From Acidimicrobiia bacterium (GTDB lineage Bacteria; Actinomycetota; Acidimicrobiia; Spongiisociales; UBA5794), in assembly GCA_030065575.1 (NCBI GenBank), contig JASJDZ010000043.1:2564-66563 (forward strand): 64,000 nucleotides of DNA, read 5' to 3'. The translations under genes were made by a program, and so were the position numbers. The notes under the pieces are model-generated. The model ran no database searches, was not told the origin of the DNA, and saw nothing but the letters and a program-made list of their open reading frames with translations. Numbering within the stretch: position 1 is the first letter of the stretch; each line of letters begins with the position of its first letter. Below are positions 1 to 9,569 of the stretch, piece by piece.

Positions 1-165
1 GAAGTCGGGCTGATGGCTGCGCCGTGCAGGTTTCGTAGGCAGAGTCGATGGGTTCGTAGCCCATCGACTCTGGTCTGCGCCGCGGGGGAGGACGGTCACC
101 GCTTGGAACGCAAACCCACTTGTGTAGAGACTCTCGCCAGATCTCATCCTGGATTGCCCTCCCAC

Positions 166-804
166 ATGCCGCTGCATCGGGCACAATTGTCTGAGAGTCC
201 TCGTACCAATCGGACATGTACGGGTGTTCGGATTTGGGCGGTGTGCGCGTTGAATCAGGCAGTTCGATTCCGGTCCCTCTATGCGGACCATCAGCCGGAC
301 GTGCTGGCCTACTTCCTACGCCGTCTCTCGCGGGAAGACGCAGTGGATGCCACAGCGGATGTATTCCTGACGGCGTGGCGCCGGATCGACGACGTGCCGG
401 ACAACCCCCAAGTCAGGCTCTGGCTATTCGGAGTGGCGCGCAACGTGCTCCGCAACCAGCAGCGGAGCCACCGTCGCCGCGGCAGGCTGTGGGGGAAACT
501 CGCATCCGTGAGGGCCGATGCGGAGCCTCCGCCGGAGACGGTGGTGCTCCGTCGCGAGCAGGATCGTGAGGCGGTCGAGGCCCTCGATCAGCTGCGGCCG
601 CAGGACCGCGACGTGCTGACCCTCCGTCTCTGGGAAGAGGCAAGCTTCGACGACATGGCAGCCGTGATGCAGTGTTCTCGCCATGCTGCGGAGCAGCGCT
701 ATGGCAGGGCATTGCGCCGACTGCGGAGCGTTACTCGCCGATCCGGACATGAACTCATGAGCGGGGAAAGCCCCGACCTGCCGACGAAGGAGCCAATGCA
801 ATGA
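166..804 (+). CDS. ECF (extracytoplasmic-function) RNA polymerase sigma factor. The start is uncertain; an alternative GTG lies at 241.
   Basis: The ORF shows sigma-70 region 2 (LYADHQPDVLAYFLRR...FLTAWRRID) and a region 4 HTH (RDVLTLRLWEEASFDDMAAVM). Its stop overlaps the downstream start as ATGA. Confidence 0.7.
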   Translation: MPLHRAQLSESPRTNRTCTGVRIWAVCALNQAVRFRSLYADHQPDVLAYFLRRLSREDAVDATADVFLTAWRRIDDVPDNPQVRLWLFGVARNVLRNQQRSHRRRGRLWGKLASVRADAEPPPETVVLRREQDREAVEALDQLRPQDRDVLTLRLWEEASFDDMAAVMQCSRHAAEQRYGRALRRLRSVTRRSGHELMSGESPDLPTKEPMQ

Positions 805-1874
805 AGGCGGACGACGCGAACCGACTAGAGGCATTCGTGCGCAACGCCAATCCGGTGCCGCACGCCGACGCTTTGATCGATTCCGAAGAGTCCGCCGCGG
901 TCACGTTCCGTCTCCTGGAAGCAACGGAGAAGGACGTGCCGGGATTGCTACCGGTTCCGCCGAAGGTAGAACGCCATGAGAGAGGCATGAGCATGGAAAC
1001 CGTACATAGCGTTCCGGTTGCAGAAAGGAAGCGTCCCAGACCGATGCGAGCCGCTGCGTTTGCCTTCGCTGCAGCTGTATTCGTTGCTGCAGTCATAGGA
1101 GTCGGCGCACTGCTCACCCGTGATGGCTCGGGCGAAGTTGCGACACCGATCACGGTGGCGCCCCCCGAGATCACCTTTGACGATCCCGAACGGGCCCTAT
1201 TCACATACGAGACGGAAATCCGACAGCTCATCGAGGACACCTACGTGCGGGCGGCGCCGCTGCTCGACGTGGAAGGCCTGGCATTCGTGGTCTCACTCGA
1301 GATCTCGCGGCTTCCCGTTTCCGACTACGGAGTCGGATGGATGCCGGCAGACGAGAACACACTGGTCATCGGAATCGATCCTTACCTCCCGCAACTCAGC
1401 GAAGTCCTGCCCGAACGAGTGACGGTGATGGTTGCCGATGCCCTCTTCTACAACGCTCGCTATCGCGGAGGGGCGTCAGAGGAGACACTCTTTGAGAGCA
1501 TGGTTGCGACGGGCCTTGCTAGCAATTTCATCGAGGACGTGTACGGGTTCAGCTCCCCGTGGGCGAATGCATTTCCGGCAGAGCAGACCGAGGCGTTCAT
1601 GGAGCAGGCCCGGCCCCTGTTCGAAACCCGATGGGAGGACCTGAGCAACCCGGACCTTTCCTGGGATGAGCGTTTTGCGGTGCAGACCGTGTTCGATACT
1701 TGGATCCACTACGACCCTTCCGGGTCCGAGTGGCGCGCCCAGCAAGGAGTGGATGTTCCGCAGTGGGCGGGCCAAACCCTGGGCCACCGGATGATTGAGG
1801 CGTATCTGGCGGAGAACCCGGATCAGACTGCGGCCGACTTGGTGGCGACACCGGCGTCCGTATTTCTTCCGTGA
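801..1874 (+). CDS. Putative membrane-anchored anti-sigma factor.
   Basis: It is translationally coupled (ATGA) to the ECF sigma gene. It has a cytoplasmic N-terminus, one hydrophobic TM segment (AAAFAFAAAVFVAAVIGVGALL) and a large extracytoplasmic domain. Confidence 0.55.
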   Translation: MKADDANRLEAFVRNANPVPHADALIDSEESAAVTFRLLEATEKDVPGLLPVPPKVERHERGMSMETVHSVPVAERKRPRPMRAAAFAFAAAVFVAAVIGVGALLTRDGSGEVATPITVAPPEITFDDPERALFTYETEIRQLIEDTYVRAAPLLDVEGLAFVVSLEISRLPVSDYGVGWMPADENTLVIGIDPYLPQLSEVLPERVTVMVADALFYNARYRGGASEETLFESMVATGLASNFIEDVYGFSSPWANAFPAEQTEAFMEQARPLFETRWEDLSNPDLSWDERFAVQTVFDTWIHYDPSGSEWRAQQGVDVPQWAGQTLGHRMIEAYLAENPDQTAADLVATPASVFLP

Positions 1875-1926
1875 GTGCGTTGGCTTGGATGATGCGGAGC
1901 GATGGGGGGTAGGTTAGGAGGCAATC

Positions 1927-2181
1927 GTGAATTGGTGGCTGGTCCTCTGGATAGTGGTTCACGTCGCTATGCAGATCTTTGGCCTGGTGCATATCCGACG
2001 CAACCGGGCATCAATGGAACGACGCCTGATTTGGAAATGGGTGCTCCTTATCATCTTCCTGCCCATCGCCGGCCCGCTCGGCTACATCTTCTTCCTCCTG
2101 GACAAGGCTGTGCAGCGCGGCACGCCGGGCCGCCGCGACGAAGCGGCATCCTTCCTGCGGAGCCCCAGCTTCAAGGATTGA
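1927..2181 (+). CDS. Small two-TM membrane protein, PLDc_N (phospholipase-D nuclease N-terminal)-like.
   Basis: It has a GTG start 7 nt after an AGGAGG RBS. Two hydrophobic helices surround a short basic loop (LWIVVHVAMQIFGLVHIRRNR...WKWVLLIIFLPIAGPLGYIFF). Confidence 0.5.
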   Translation: MNWWLVLWIVVHVAMQIFGLVHIRRNRASMERRLIWKWVLLIIFLPIAGPLGYIFFLLDKAVQRGTPGRRDEAASFLRSPSFKD

Positions 2182-2230
2182 GCGACGCGCCGTTGTTGCC
2201 CCTTGGCCTGCCTGTGCTAAAAAAGCGCCT

Positions 2231-3034
2231 ATGGCTATTGACATGAACGGTTTGGTGTGCGTCGTCACAGGAGCGACCGGGATGGCGGCGTCGGGAGCTC
2301 GTGCGCTTGCCGCAAGCGGCGCCAGCGTCTTCATCATCGCCCGCAAGCCAGATACGTGTGTGCGGCTAGCGGACGCAATTGAAGCGAGCGGCGGCACCGT
2401 CTCGTGGGCGCAGGCAGATCTGACCGATGAAGCGCAAACAGAGGCGGCGTTCGCGAAGTGTGTTGAGGAGTTCGGACGGATCGACGGCCTCTTTGCGGTT
2501 GCAGGAGGGAGCGCCCGCAGATTCGGCGACGGGCCGGTGGAAGCAACCTCGCTGGACGGGTTCCGTGCCGCCCTTGATATCAACGCCATACCCGCCTTCC
2601 TCGCTGCCCGGGAGTCGCTACGTGTGATGCTGGAGCAGGAGCCTCGGACCGGTGGTTCGCGAGGGGCCATCCTGCTGATGTCGAGCGTTCTCGCCGAGAG
2701 CCCGGCCCGCCTCTTCGCCACCCACGGCTATGCGGCATCGAAGGGGGCCATCAATGCCCTCACGCGAACGATGGCCGCACGCTATGCCCCCGACGGGGTG
2801 CGCGTAAACACGGTGGCGCCGGGCCTGGTTGCCACTCCGATGTCAGAGCGGGCGCAGAACGACCCGGAGAGCGTTGCTTACGCACAGCGCAAGCAACCTC
2901 TTGCCAGAGGTCTCATTCCGGCCGAAGCGGCCGGTGATCTGGCGGTCTTCTTCCTCTCCGACGCGTCGCTCTACATAACGGGTGAGGTGATCAGCCTCGA
3001 TGGAGGCTGGTCCGTTACGGAGGCGCCGACTTAG
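2231..3034 (+). CDS. SDR-family oxidoreductase.
   Basis: It has a TGATGMAASG Rossmann motif and a YAASK catalytic Tyr-x3-Lys, and is about 267 aa. Confidence 0.85.
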   Translation: MAIDMNGLVCVVTGATGMAASGARALAASGASVFIIARKPDTCVRLADAIEASGGTVSWAQADLTDEAQTEAAFAKCVEEFGRIDGLFAVAGGSARRFGDGPVEATSLDGFRAALDINAIPAFLAARESLRVMLEQEPRTGGSRGAILLMSSVLAESPARLFATHGYAASKGAINALTRTMAARYAPDGVRVNTVAPGLVATPMSERAQNDPESVAYAQRKQPLARGLIPAEAAGDLAVFFLSDASLYITGEVISLDGGWSVTEAPT

Positions 3035-3942
3035 CCGGGAACACGGTCGGCCGCAGCCAACGCAGCACCAACCGCACCAGCCTCCGACCCAAGCAGTGCC
3101 GGACGGATGTCGATCAGATCGTGGTCGACCAAGGTCACGTGCTCGTAGACCGAACGCTTGATTGGATCGAAGATGGCGTCGCCCGCCGCAGCTATCCCAC
3201 CTCCGATGACCACCCGGTGCGGACCGAGGAAGGTGATGGCGTTGGCGATAGCGATCCCGAGGTACTTGCCTGCGGATTCCACTGCTGCTGCGCACCGTTC
3301 GTCTCCTTCGGCAACACCATCAAAGACCTCCTTGACGGTCCTCCGACCGGCGTTGGCGGCAAGCCGATCCGACCTCGCCATCGCCTCGGCGCAGCCGAAG
3401 TTGCCACATCCGCATTGCGGGCCGTCAGGGCAGACAGTCTGATGAGCAATCTCTCCCGCCCGACCGGTGGCTCCCCAGAACAGGTCCCCATTCATCATGA
3501 TGCCGCCACCGATACCTGTCCCCAGGGTCATGCAGACGACTATGTCGGCACCACGACCGGCCCCAATGCGACCCTCTGCAAGGGTGAATGCTCTGGCGTC
3601 GTTGATGAGGGTTGCAGGCATGGCGAGACCATTGTCGAGGATGCTCTGCAACGGCACTCCGCGCCACTGGCCAGGCAGGTTGGTGAATATCTCGACAACG
3701 CCGTCCGAGTCGAATAGACCTGGGGTCCCCATCCCTAGGGCGATGAAGGGGCCGTCCTGTTCGTGTCGCTCATTGAACACATCGATCATCCGGGTGAGCA
3801 CAGCTTCGTGTCCCGCATCACCTCGAGTGGGGACACTGCCGACCGATTCGATCACCGGTTCCGCTCCATCTGGAATCGTTAGCACCACCATCTTGGTGTT
3901 GGTCGCTCCGAGGTCCACCCCTAGGTACCTGCGGGTGCTCAT
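3031..3942 (-). CDS. ROK-family sugar kinase (glucokinase / N-acetylglucosamine kinase-like).
   Basis: It has an N-terminal LGVDLGATNTK ATP motif and the ROK zinc motif CGCGNFGCAE. The start ATG overlaps the gntR stop as ATGA. Confidence 0.85.
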   Translation of the reverse strand: MSTRRYLGVDLGATNTKMVVLTIPDGAEPVIESVGSVPTRGDAGHEAVLTRMIDVFNERHEQDGPFIALGMGTPGLFDSDGVVEIFTNLPGQWRGVPLQSILDNGLAMPATLINDARAFTLAEGRIGAGRGADIVVCMTLGTGIGGGIMMNGDLFWGATGRAGEIAHQTVCPDGPQCGCGNFGCAEAMARSDRLAANAGRRTVKEVFDGVAEGDERCAAAVESAGKYLGIAIANAITFLGPHRVVIGGGIAAAGDAIFDPIKRSVYEHVTLVDHDLIDIRPALLGSEAGAVGAALAAADRVPG

Positions 3943-4658
3943 CGTCCTCCCTCGTCCCGGTACATGGTCACGTCGAAGACGTAGCGGTCGGCGGCATAGC
4001 GTGTTTCAGTGTGCTCGAGCGGTCGTCCGTCCTGGTCATAGATGACGCGGCGCTCGCACAGCACCGGGCTGAGCTCATCTAGTTCGAGCAGGGTCTTCTC
4101 CTGAGGGGTGGCGGCCCTTGCTTGCACCTGGGCGGTGGCACGACTCGGCAGCAAGCCGATCGCCTCAAAGGCGACGTGCAGCGATCCGTCACCAAGCCCC
4201 GTCAGCACTCCGGCACAATGCGGAGCCAGCACCGCGCGTTCCATTGCCATCGGCGTGCCGTCCGCAAGGCGTAGTCGAACTAGCAGCCCGACCTTCGCTT
4301 CCTCCGCCATCTCGAGCGCATCGAGATCATCCTGGCTCGGCTCGATCAGTCCTGACTCGATGGTGATGGAAGTCGCCGTCAGACCGCGCCGCCGCATGCT
4401 CTCCGAAAACGACAGGGGCGAACCGAGCAGGCGGGGGATGGGGCGAGGACTGACGAAGGTTCCCTTGCCCTTGCGGCGATGAAGCAGGTGTTCGCGCTCG
4501 AGGGTCTGTACGGCGTGACGGGCGGTCATCCTGCTGACACCGAACAGCTCGCTGAGCTCAGTCTCCGAGGGCAGGATGTCTCCGGGCTGGAGTTCGGCAA
4601 TCCGGGCACGCAGGTGATCGGCGATCTCCTCGTAGCGGGGGCGGCGGGGAACGGTCAT
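3939..4658 (-). CDS. GntR/HutC-family transcriptional regulator (DasR/NagR-like, with a UTRA effector domain).
   Basis: It has an N-terminal wHTH (LPSETELSELFGVSRMTARHAVQTLEREHLL) and a C-terminal UTRA-like domain. It is the first gene of a two-gene minus-strand operon. Confidence 0.85.
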   Translation of the reverse strand: MTVPRRPRYEEIADHLRARIAELQPGDILPSETELSELFGVSRMTARHAVQTLEREHLLHRRKGKGTFVSPRPIPRLLGSPLSFSESMRRRGLTATSITIESGLIEPSQDDLDALEMAEEAKVGLLVRLRLADGTPMAMERAVLAPHCAGVLTGLGDGSLHVAFEAIGLLPSRATAQVQARAATPQEKTLLELDELSPVLCERRVIYDQDGRPLEHTETRYAADRYVFDVTMYRDEGGR

Positions 4659-4709
4659 CCTGGCGGTTGCGGCGGGTGACGGTTCGGCACGATGGCACCA
4701 TGCTAGCGT

Positions 4710-4725
4710 AGTTGTCTAGACAAGT
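4710..4725. promoter_or_regulatory. Candidate HutC-type operator (dre-like): AGTTGTCTAGACAAGT.
   Basis: It is a near-perfect 16-bp palindrome with a GTCTAGAC core. It sits in the divergent intergenic region between the gntR-ROK operon and the SIS gene. It resembles the DasR/NagR dre consensus ACTGGTCTAGACCACT. Confidence 0.5.
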
Positions 4726-4753
4726 GGTTTGACCCGAACTGCGAGGTGATCTG

Positions 4754-5554
4754 GTGACAGAGCATGGCTTCTCGGATGGCGTAGCCGGGCGATGGATGAC
4801 CGCAGCTCAGCAGACACTTGATCGCATCGAGCAGACCCAGATGGACGCGATCGGGGCCACCAGCAAGATGTGTGCCGATGCCATCGCAGCTGGGGGCATG
4901 GCGCATCTCTTTGGTACCGGCCACTCCCGGATCCCACTCGAAGAGATGTTCCCACGCTACGGCTCCTATCCCGGGTTTCACCCGATGGCCGAACTGTCGA
5001 TGACTTTCCACACCCAGGTAGCCGGCACGAACGGTCAGCGGCAGGCGATGTTCATTGAACGAGTTGAGGGTCTTGCTGAAGTCATCCTGCGCAACTTCGT
5101 GTTCAAGTCCTTGGACCCCATGATCGTATTTTCCTCGTCCGGGACAACAGCCGTACCCATCGAGATCGCCATTGGCGCTAGGGAGCGCGGTATGAAGGTG
5201 GTCGCAGTCACTGCGGTCGATCACTCCCAAGCGGGGGATCCATTGCCACGGACCGGGACCAGGTTGATGGATCACGCCGACGTCGTCATCGACATTTGCA
5301 TCCCGGTTGGTGATGCTGCCGTGTCCCTGACCGACCTTGACACGCCTGTCGGTCCGTTGTCAACGGTGGCGAACGCAGCGGTGGTCAACGAGATCAAAGT
5401 GCAGACCGCCGAGTTGCTGCGCCGCGCGGGCAAGCTCCCCTCTGTGATCACAAGCTCCTCAGTCGTTGGTGCTGATCGCTCGTCTGCGCTGTTCGAAGAC
5501 GCGTATAGGGACTACGCCCGACGCCTGGCCGCCGCCCTGGGAGGAACGGAGTGA
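4754..5554 (+). CDS. SIS (sugar isomerase) domain protein, UPF0309-like.
   Basis: It has a GTG start and a SIS-type phosphosugar-binding fold (FGTGHSRIP...VFSSSGTT). It is divergent from the gntR operon. Confidence 0.65.
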   Translation: MTEHGFSDGVAGRWMTAAQQTLDRIEQTQMDAIGATSKMCADAIAAGGMAHLFGTGHSRIPLEEMFPRYGSYPGFHPMAELSMTFHTQVAGTNGQRQAMFIERVEGLAEVILRNFVFKSLDPMIVFSSSGTTAVPIEIAIGARERGMKVVAVTAVDHSQAGDPLPRTGTRLMDHADVVIDICIPVGDAAVSLTDLDTPVGPLSTVANAAVVNEIKVQTAELLRRAGKLPSVITSSSVVGADRSSALFEDAYRDYARRLAAALGGTE

Positions 5555-5628
5555 CTCCAACTCGTCGTCCTATGTGTACGTGTAGGAGACGAGGTAGCGC
5601 GTTTCAATCGCCACGGGGCTTTGTTCTT

Positions 5629-5646
5629 GACACATACAAAAGTGTC
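5629..5646. promoter_or_regulatory. Inverted repeat GACACATACAAAAGTGTC upstream of the ROK regulator gene.
   Basis: It has 5-bp perfect arms (GACAC/GTGTC) around an 8-bp A-rich spacer, about 40 nt upstream of the ATG at 5686. It overlaps a TTGACA -35-like hexamer. Confidence 0.35.
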
Positions 5647-5685
5647 TGCTCAAATGGCGGAAGCATCGGGAGGAGAACGAGGCGA

Positions 5686-6852
5686 ATGGCGGTGAGTAGC
5701 CACACACCTGGGGGGCTACTCAAACTGATCCGTGACGGAGCGGCCGCAACTCGCGCTGATCTTGCCGGACTCACCGGGTTGGCCCGATCCACTGTTTCGC
5801 AAAGAGTCGATGCTCTGCTCACAGACCGCTTGCTAATCGAGGCGGGCGAGGCCCCGTCGAGCGGCGGGCGACCGCCGACGCTGCTGAAGTTCAATCAGGA
5901 TGCCGGAGTGGTGCTTGCCGCTGACCTTGGGGCTTCTCACTCTCGTCTTGCCGTCAGCAATCTCAGGGCCGAACCTCTCGCCACCTGTCGCGGACAGTTG
6001 CCTATCTCTGCCGGCCCGGAAGCGGTTCTGAGTTGGGCCGTCGATGAGTTCGCCAAACTCCTTGCGGACGCAGGCAAGGCTGCGAGCGATGTCAAAGCCA
6101 TTGGAGTTGGCTTGCCGGGCCCTGTCGAGCACTCAACCGGTAGAGCCATCTCGCCCCCGATAATGCCGGGATGGGACGGCTACGACGTAAAGGCAAGGCT
6201 GGCCGAGAGCTTCGACGTGCCGGTACTCGTCGACAACGACGTGAACATCATGGCCCTGGGGGAGTGGTGGGCCTCCAGCAACTCTGCGGATGACTTCCTG
6301 TACATCAAGGTTGGCACCGGTATCGGATCAGGATTGATCCTGGGTGGCCACCTCCATCGCGGGGCTGACGGTGCAGCCGGAGACATCGGCCACATCCAGG
6401 CCGGCGATCCCAGCGTCGTGTGCCGTTGCGGCAATCCGGGATGCCTCGAAGCTTCGAGCGGTGGCGGCGCCCTGGCGCAGGCACTGGCTAGCCAGGGATA
6501 CGACACAGCTGTGACAAGCGACGTGGTCCAACTGGTGAGGGCGGGCAATCCCGATGCGATACGCGCTGTTCAGGAAGCGGGCAGGGAGATCGGCAGTGTT
6601 TTGGCCACCATCGTGAATGTGCTCAACCCGCTCGACATCGTGATCGGGGGCGATCTGGCCGACACCGGAGCAGAGTTCCTAGCCCGCATTCGCGAAGTGG
6701 TCTATCGACGATCCACAGCGCTTTCGACGCGGCAGCTCTCTATCCGAGCGAGCGAACTCGGCGACAATGCCGGCATAACCGGTGCCGCGGCAATGGCTAT
6801 CGAGCATGCGTTCTCACCCAGCGCAGTGAACGAGCGGGCGGGTGTCGGATGA
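5686..6852 (+). CDS. ROK-family transcriptional repressor (NagC/XylR-like).
   Basis: It has an N-terminal wHTH (LAGLTGLARSTVSQRVDALL), a ROK sugar-kinase-like fold and a zinc motif CRCGNPGCLE. A GGGAGGAG RBS lies before the ATG at 5686, and the upstream in-frame extension is not coding-like. Confidence 0.8.
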   Translation: MAVSSHTPGGLLKLIRDGAAATRADLAGLTGLARSTVSQRVDALLTDRLLIEAGEAPSSGGRPPTLLKFNQDAGVVLAADLGASHSRLAVSNLRAEPLATCRGQLPISAGPEAVLSWAVDEFAKLLADAGKAASDVKAIGVGLPGPVEHSTGRAISPPIMPGWDGYDVKARLAESFDVPVLVDNDVNIMALGEWWASSNSADDFLYIKVGTGIGSGLILGGHLHRGADGAAGDIGHIQAGDPSVVCRCGNPGCLEASSGGGALAQALASQGYDTAVTSDVVQLVRAGNPDAIRAVQEAGREIGSVLATIVNVLNPLDIVIGGDLADTGAEFLARIREVVYRRSTALSTRQLSIRASELGDNAGITGAAAMAIEHAFSPSAVNERAGVG

Positions 6853-6956
6853 GGATTCAACAGAAGTGGGTAGCGGCCTATCGGCATTCCTGCCATGCGC
6901 CGCACACCCTCAACAAGGGAAAGAACCGTTATCGGAAATAGAAGGAGGAGGAGAGC

Positions 6957-7997
6957 TTGTCGAAGAAGACAAAGTTTCCAGCTTGGCGGCTGCTGACAGT
7001 GCTCGCAGTGTTCGCGTTGATCGCTGCTGCGTGTGGCGGAGATGACGAGGGTGGCGATGACACGTTCACCCTGGGCGTATCCAACACACTCGTCGGCAAC
7101 GCGTGGCGCGAGCAGATGATTTGCGCCATCAAGGCAGAGGCGCTGGCCCGGGGCAACGTCGATGAGGTGGTTCTGCAGAATCGCAATACCGACGTAGCGG
7201 GCCAGATCGCCGACATCCAGACTCTGATCTCTCAGGGTGTGGATGCCATCATCATCAACCCGGCCGACCGTTCGGCCCTGGACGACGTAATTGCTGAGGC
7301 CGACGCGCAGGGAATCCCGGTCATATCCGTGGACGCCCCCGTGACCGCCCCCGAGGCGTACTTCGTGTCGAACAACCAGGTCGAGTACGGCGAGGTTGGT
7401 GCCCGGTGGCTCTTTGAGACGCTGGGTGGTGAAGGCAAGGTCGCGTACATGCGCGGTCTAGATGGTCACCCGGCAGATACCGATCGTGACACCGGCTGGG
7501 TCGCGGCGCTTGCCGAGTATCCCGGCATCGAGGTTGTCTACGAGAACTGGACCGGATGGGATCCCAGCGTTGGCGCCCAGCAGGCCCTGGAGATTCTCAC
7601 CACCATGGAGGTGGATGGAATCTGGACCTCCGGCATCGACTACACCGTGGTTGAGCAGTTCGCCGTTGCCGGTGTTGATTACGTACCGATCGTTGGTGCG
7701 GACAACAACGCCTTCATCGAGCAGCTGATGAACACCAGCGGGCTAGTTGGCGCCGGCGTGTCGAACCCGCCGTCTATTGGGGGAGTCGGTGCGGCTATTG
7801 CCCTTGACATCCTCGAAGGCAAGGACGTGAGCCAGGAGACGCTCCTGACTCCCGTCGTGCTCGACAGTATGGATGAGCTCGAAGGTGTGTACATCCCCGA
7901 CCTGACAGCAGGTTGGTCTTCGTACATGGTCATCGAGCCGTACGTCACATACTCCGACGCCCAGGCAGTCATCGACTGCAAGGGCCCTGGGGAGTAA
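6957..7997 (+). CDS. Sugar ABC transporter substrate-binding lipoprotein (PBP type I, ribose/xylose class).
   Basis: It has a TTG start after GGAGGAGGAG, a lipoprotein signal (LIAAACGG), and the periplasmic-binding fold typical of RbsB/XylF. Confidence 0.8.
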   Translation: MSKKTKFPAWRLLTVLAVFALIAAACGGDDEGGDDTFTLGVSNTLVGNAWREQMICAIKAEALARGNVDEVVLQNRNTDVAGQIADIQTLISQGVDAIIINPADRSALDDVIAEADAQGIPVISVDAPVTAPEAYFVSNNQVEYGEVGARWLFETLGGEGKVAYMRGLDGHPADTDRDTGWVAALAEYPGIEVVYENWTGWDPSVGAQQALEILTTMEVDGIWTSGIDYTVVEQFAVAGVDYVPIVGADNNAFIEQLMNTSGLVGAGVSNPPSIGGVGAAIALDILEGKDVSQETLLTPVVLDSMDELEGVYIPDLTAGWSSYMVIEPYVTYSDAQAVIDCKGPGE

Positions 7998-8060
7998 TGC
8001 AATGCGTGCCGGACTCCTCTCCAGAGGGGTCCGGCACCTCCACCTATTGAGGACCTGAAT

Positions 8061-9569
8061 GTGAGCGAGGAGTTCCTGCTCGCGGCGCGCGGCGTCGCCA
8101 AGCAATACGGACCGGTTGTGGCATTGCGCTCTGCGAACCTGTCCGTCGTACCGGGGGAGATCCATGCTCTGCTGGGCGCCAACGGTGCCGGCAAGAGCAC
8201 GCTCGTCAAGATCCTGTCATCTGTCATCCGAGCCGATGCCGGCGCGATCGATGTCCACGGCGTCGAAGCCGCTCTCCAGAAGCCCACAGATTCCCTCGCG
8301 GCTGGGATCGCCACCGTTTTTCAAGATCCAGCCCTGATCCGCGACCTCACGCTGGAACAGAACCTCCGCATCTCCCGTCTGACCAAGAGCGACGTCCTGC
8401 CCTGGCTGGAGAGAATGAACCTCGGCCACATCGACTTCGACTTGCAGGTTGCCGACGTCCCTCTCGCGGTGCTCCGCCTCCTCGACCTCGCCCGAGCACT
8501 TGCCCACGATCCGCAGCTACTCATGCTCGACGAGATCACCGCCGCATTGACTACCGACCAAGCCGACTACGTCTTTGAATTGATGCAGGAGTGGAAGGAT
8601 CGCGGCCGGTCCGTCCTCTTTATCTCCCACCGCCTGGGGGAGGTGCTTGCCTCCTGCGACCGGGCCACGATTCTGCGCAACGGCGCCGATGTTGCCCACC
8701 TCGATCTAGCCGGCGTCGACGAAGGCCAGCTCGTAACGGCAATGCTGGGCGAGGAGCTGGTCGAAGAGCTAGAAGAGGCCGGCACAACTCAGGAAACCGG
8801 GCCAGCCGTTGCCGCCGGTGCTCGGGACCGGAAAGAGCGACCCGTTGTTCTCGAGTTGAAGGATGTCCACTTGCGGGACAAGGTGAACGGTATCTCCTTC
8901 GAGCTCCGTCAGGGCGAGATCCTCGGCCTGACCGCACTGGAGGGTCAGGGTCAGAAGGAGTTGTTCCAGGCCCTGAGCGGCGATCACCGACCCAGTGCCG
9001 GGGAACTGCTGGTGAAGGGAGAGCCCCTGAGGGCGCGATCCCCATACGATGCCATCCGACGGGGAGTGGTCCTCGTACCGGCAGACCGCCAGCAGGCATT
9101 GCTACCGCAACGATCGGTCCGGGAGAACCTGGCCACACCTCTCTACAACAGTGCCGGGGGCTGGCTGGCTCTGGCCGGCGACGAGAAAGAGCGCGTCGAC
9201 GGCGCCGTTGCCCGGCTGGACATCGATGTCCGCGCCGGAAGCCAGGCACAGCGACTCTCGGGCGGGAATCAGCAGAAGGTGACGATCGGCCGCTGGCTTG
9301 CCGCCGGATTCGACACCCTGCTTTGTTTCGACCCCACCAGGGGCATTGACATCCAGACCAAGGCCCAGATTTACGATCTGCTCCGGGAGGTGGCCGCCGA
9401 CGGGGCCTCGGTCATCCTCTACACGAGTGAGTTGCGGGAGATCCAACTCGTGTGCGATCGGGTACTTGTGATGTACGCCGGCCGCATTGTCAACGAACAG
9501 GATGCTGCAACCGCAACCGAGGAATCCATGCTGAGCGCTGCCCACGGTCTGAAAGAGGTCCCGGCATGA
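8061..9569 (+). CDS. Sugar ABC transporter ATP-binding protein with duplicated ATPase domains.
   Basis: It has two Walker A motifs (GANGAGKST, and a degenerate one in the second half) and an LSGGNQQKV signature. At about 500 aa it resembles RbsA/XylG/MglA. Confidence 0.9.
   Translation: MSEEFLLAARGVAKQYGPVVALRSANLSVVPGEIHALLGANGAGKSTLVKILSSVIRADAGAIDVHGVEAALQKPTDSLAAGIATVFQDPALIRDLTLEQNLRISRLTKSDVLPWLERMNLGHIDFDLQVADVPLAVLRLLDLARALAHDPQLLMLDEITAALTTDQADYVFELMQEWKDRGRSVLFISHRLGEVLASCDRATILRNGADVAHLDLAGVDEGQLVTAMLGEELVEELEEAGTTQETGPAVAAGARDRKERPVVLELKDVHLRDKVNGISFELRQGEILGLTALEGQGQKELFQALSGDHRPSAGELLVKGEPLRARSPYDAIRRGVVLVPADRQQALLPQRSVRENLATPLYNSAGGWLALAGDEKERVDGAVARLDIDVRAGSQAQRLSGGNQQKVTIGRWLAAGFDTLLCFDPTRGIDIQTKAQIYDLLREVAADGASVILYTSELREIQLVCDRVLVMYAGRIVNEQDAATATEESMLSAAHGLKEVPA

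Noticed and set aside
3031-3034. Convergent genes sharing overlapping stop codons (TTAG), plus several other convergent 3' overlaps at 29799-29841, 39086-39098, 42036-42082 and 53538-53551.
   Set aside because: These are consistent with a compact high-GC genome. Some may reflect mis-called starts or stops. They are not evidence of a special feature.
7450-7470. A GGTCTAGA half-dre inside the SBP gene.
   Set aside because: It is a half-site only, it is intragenic, and it has no palindromic partner.
8591-9349. Plus- and minus-strand ORFs of 252 and 209 aa inside the ABC ATPase gene.
   Set aside because: They sit in alternative frames within a gene that has clear Walker and signature motifs. 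The composition is Arg-rich shadow.
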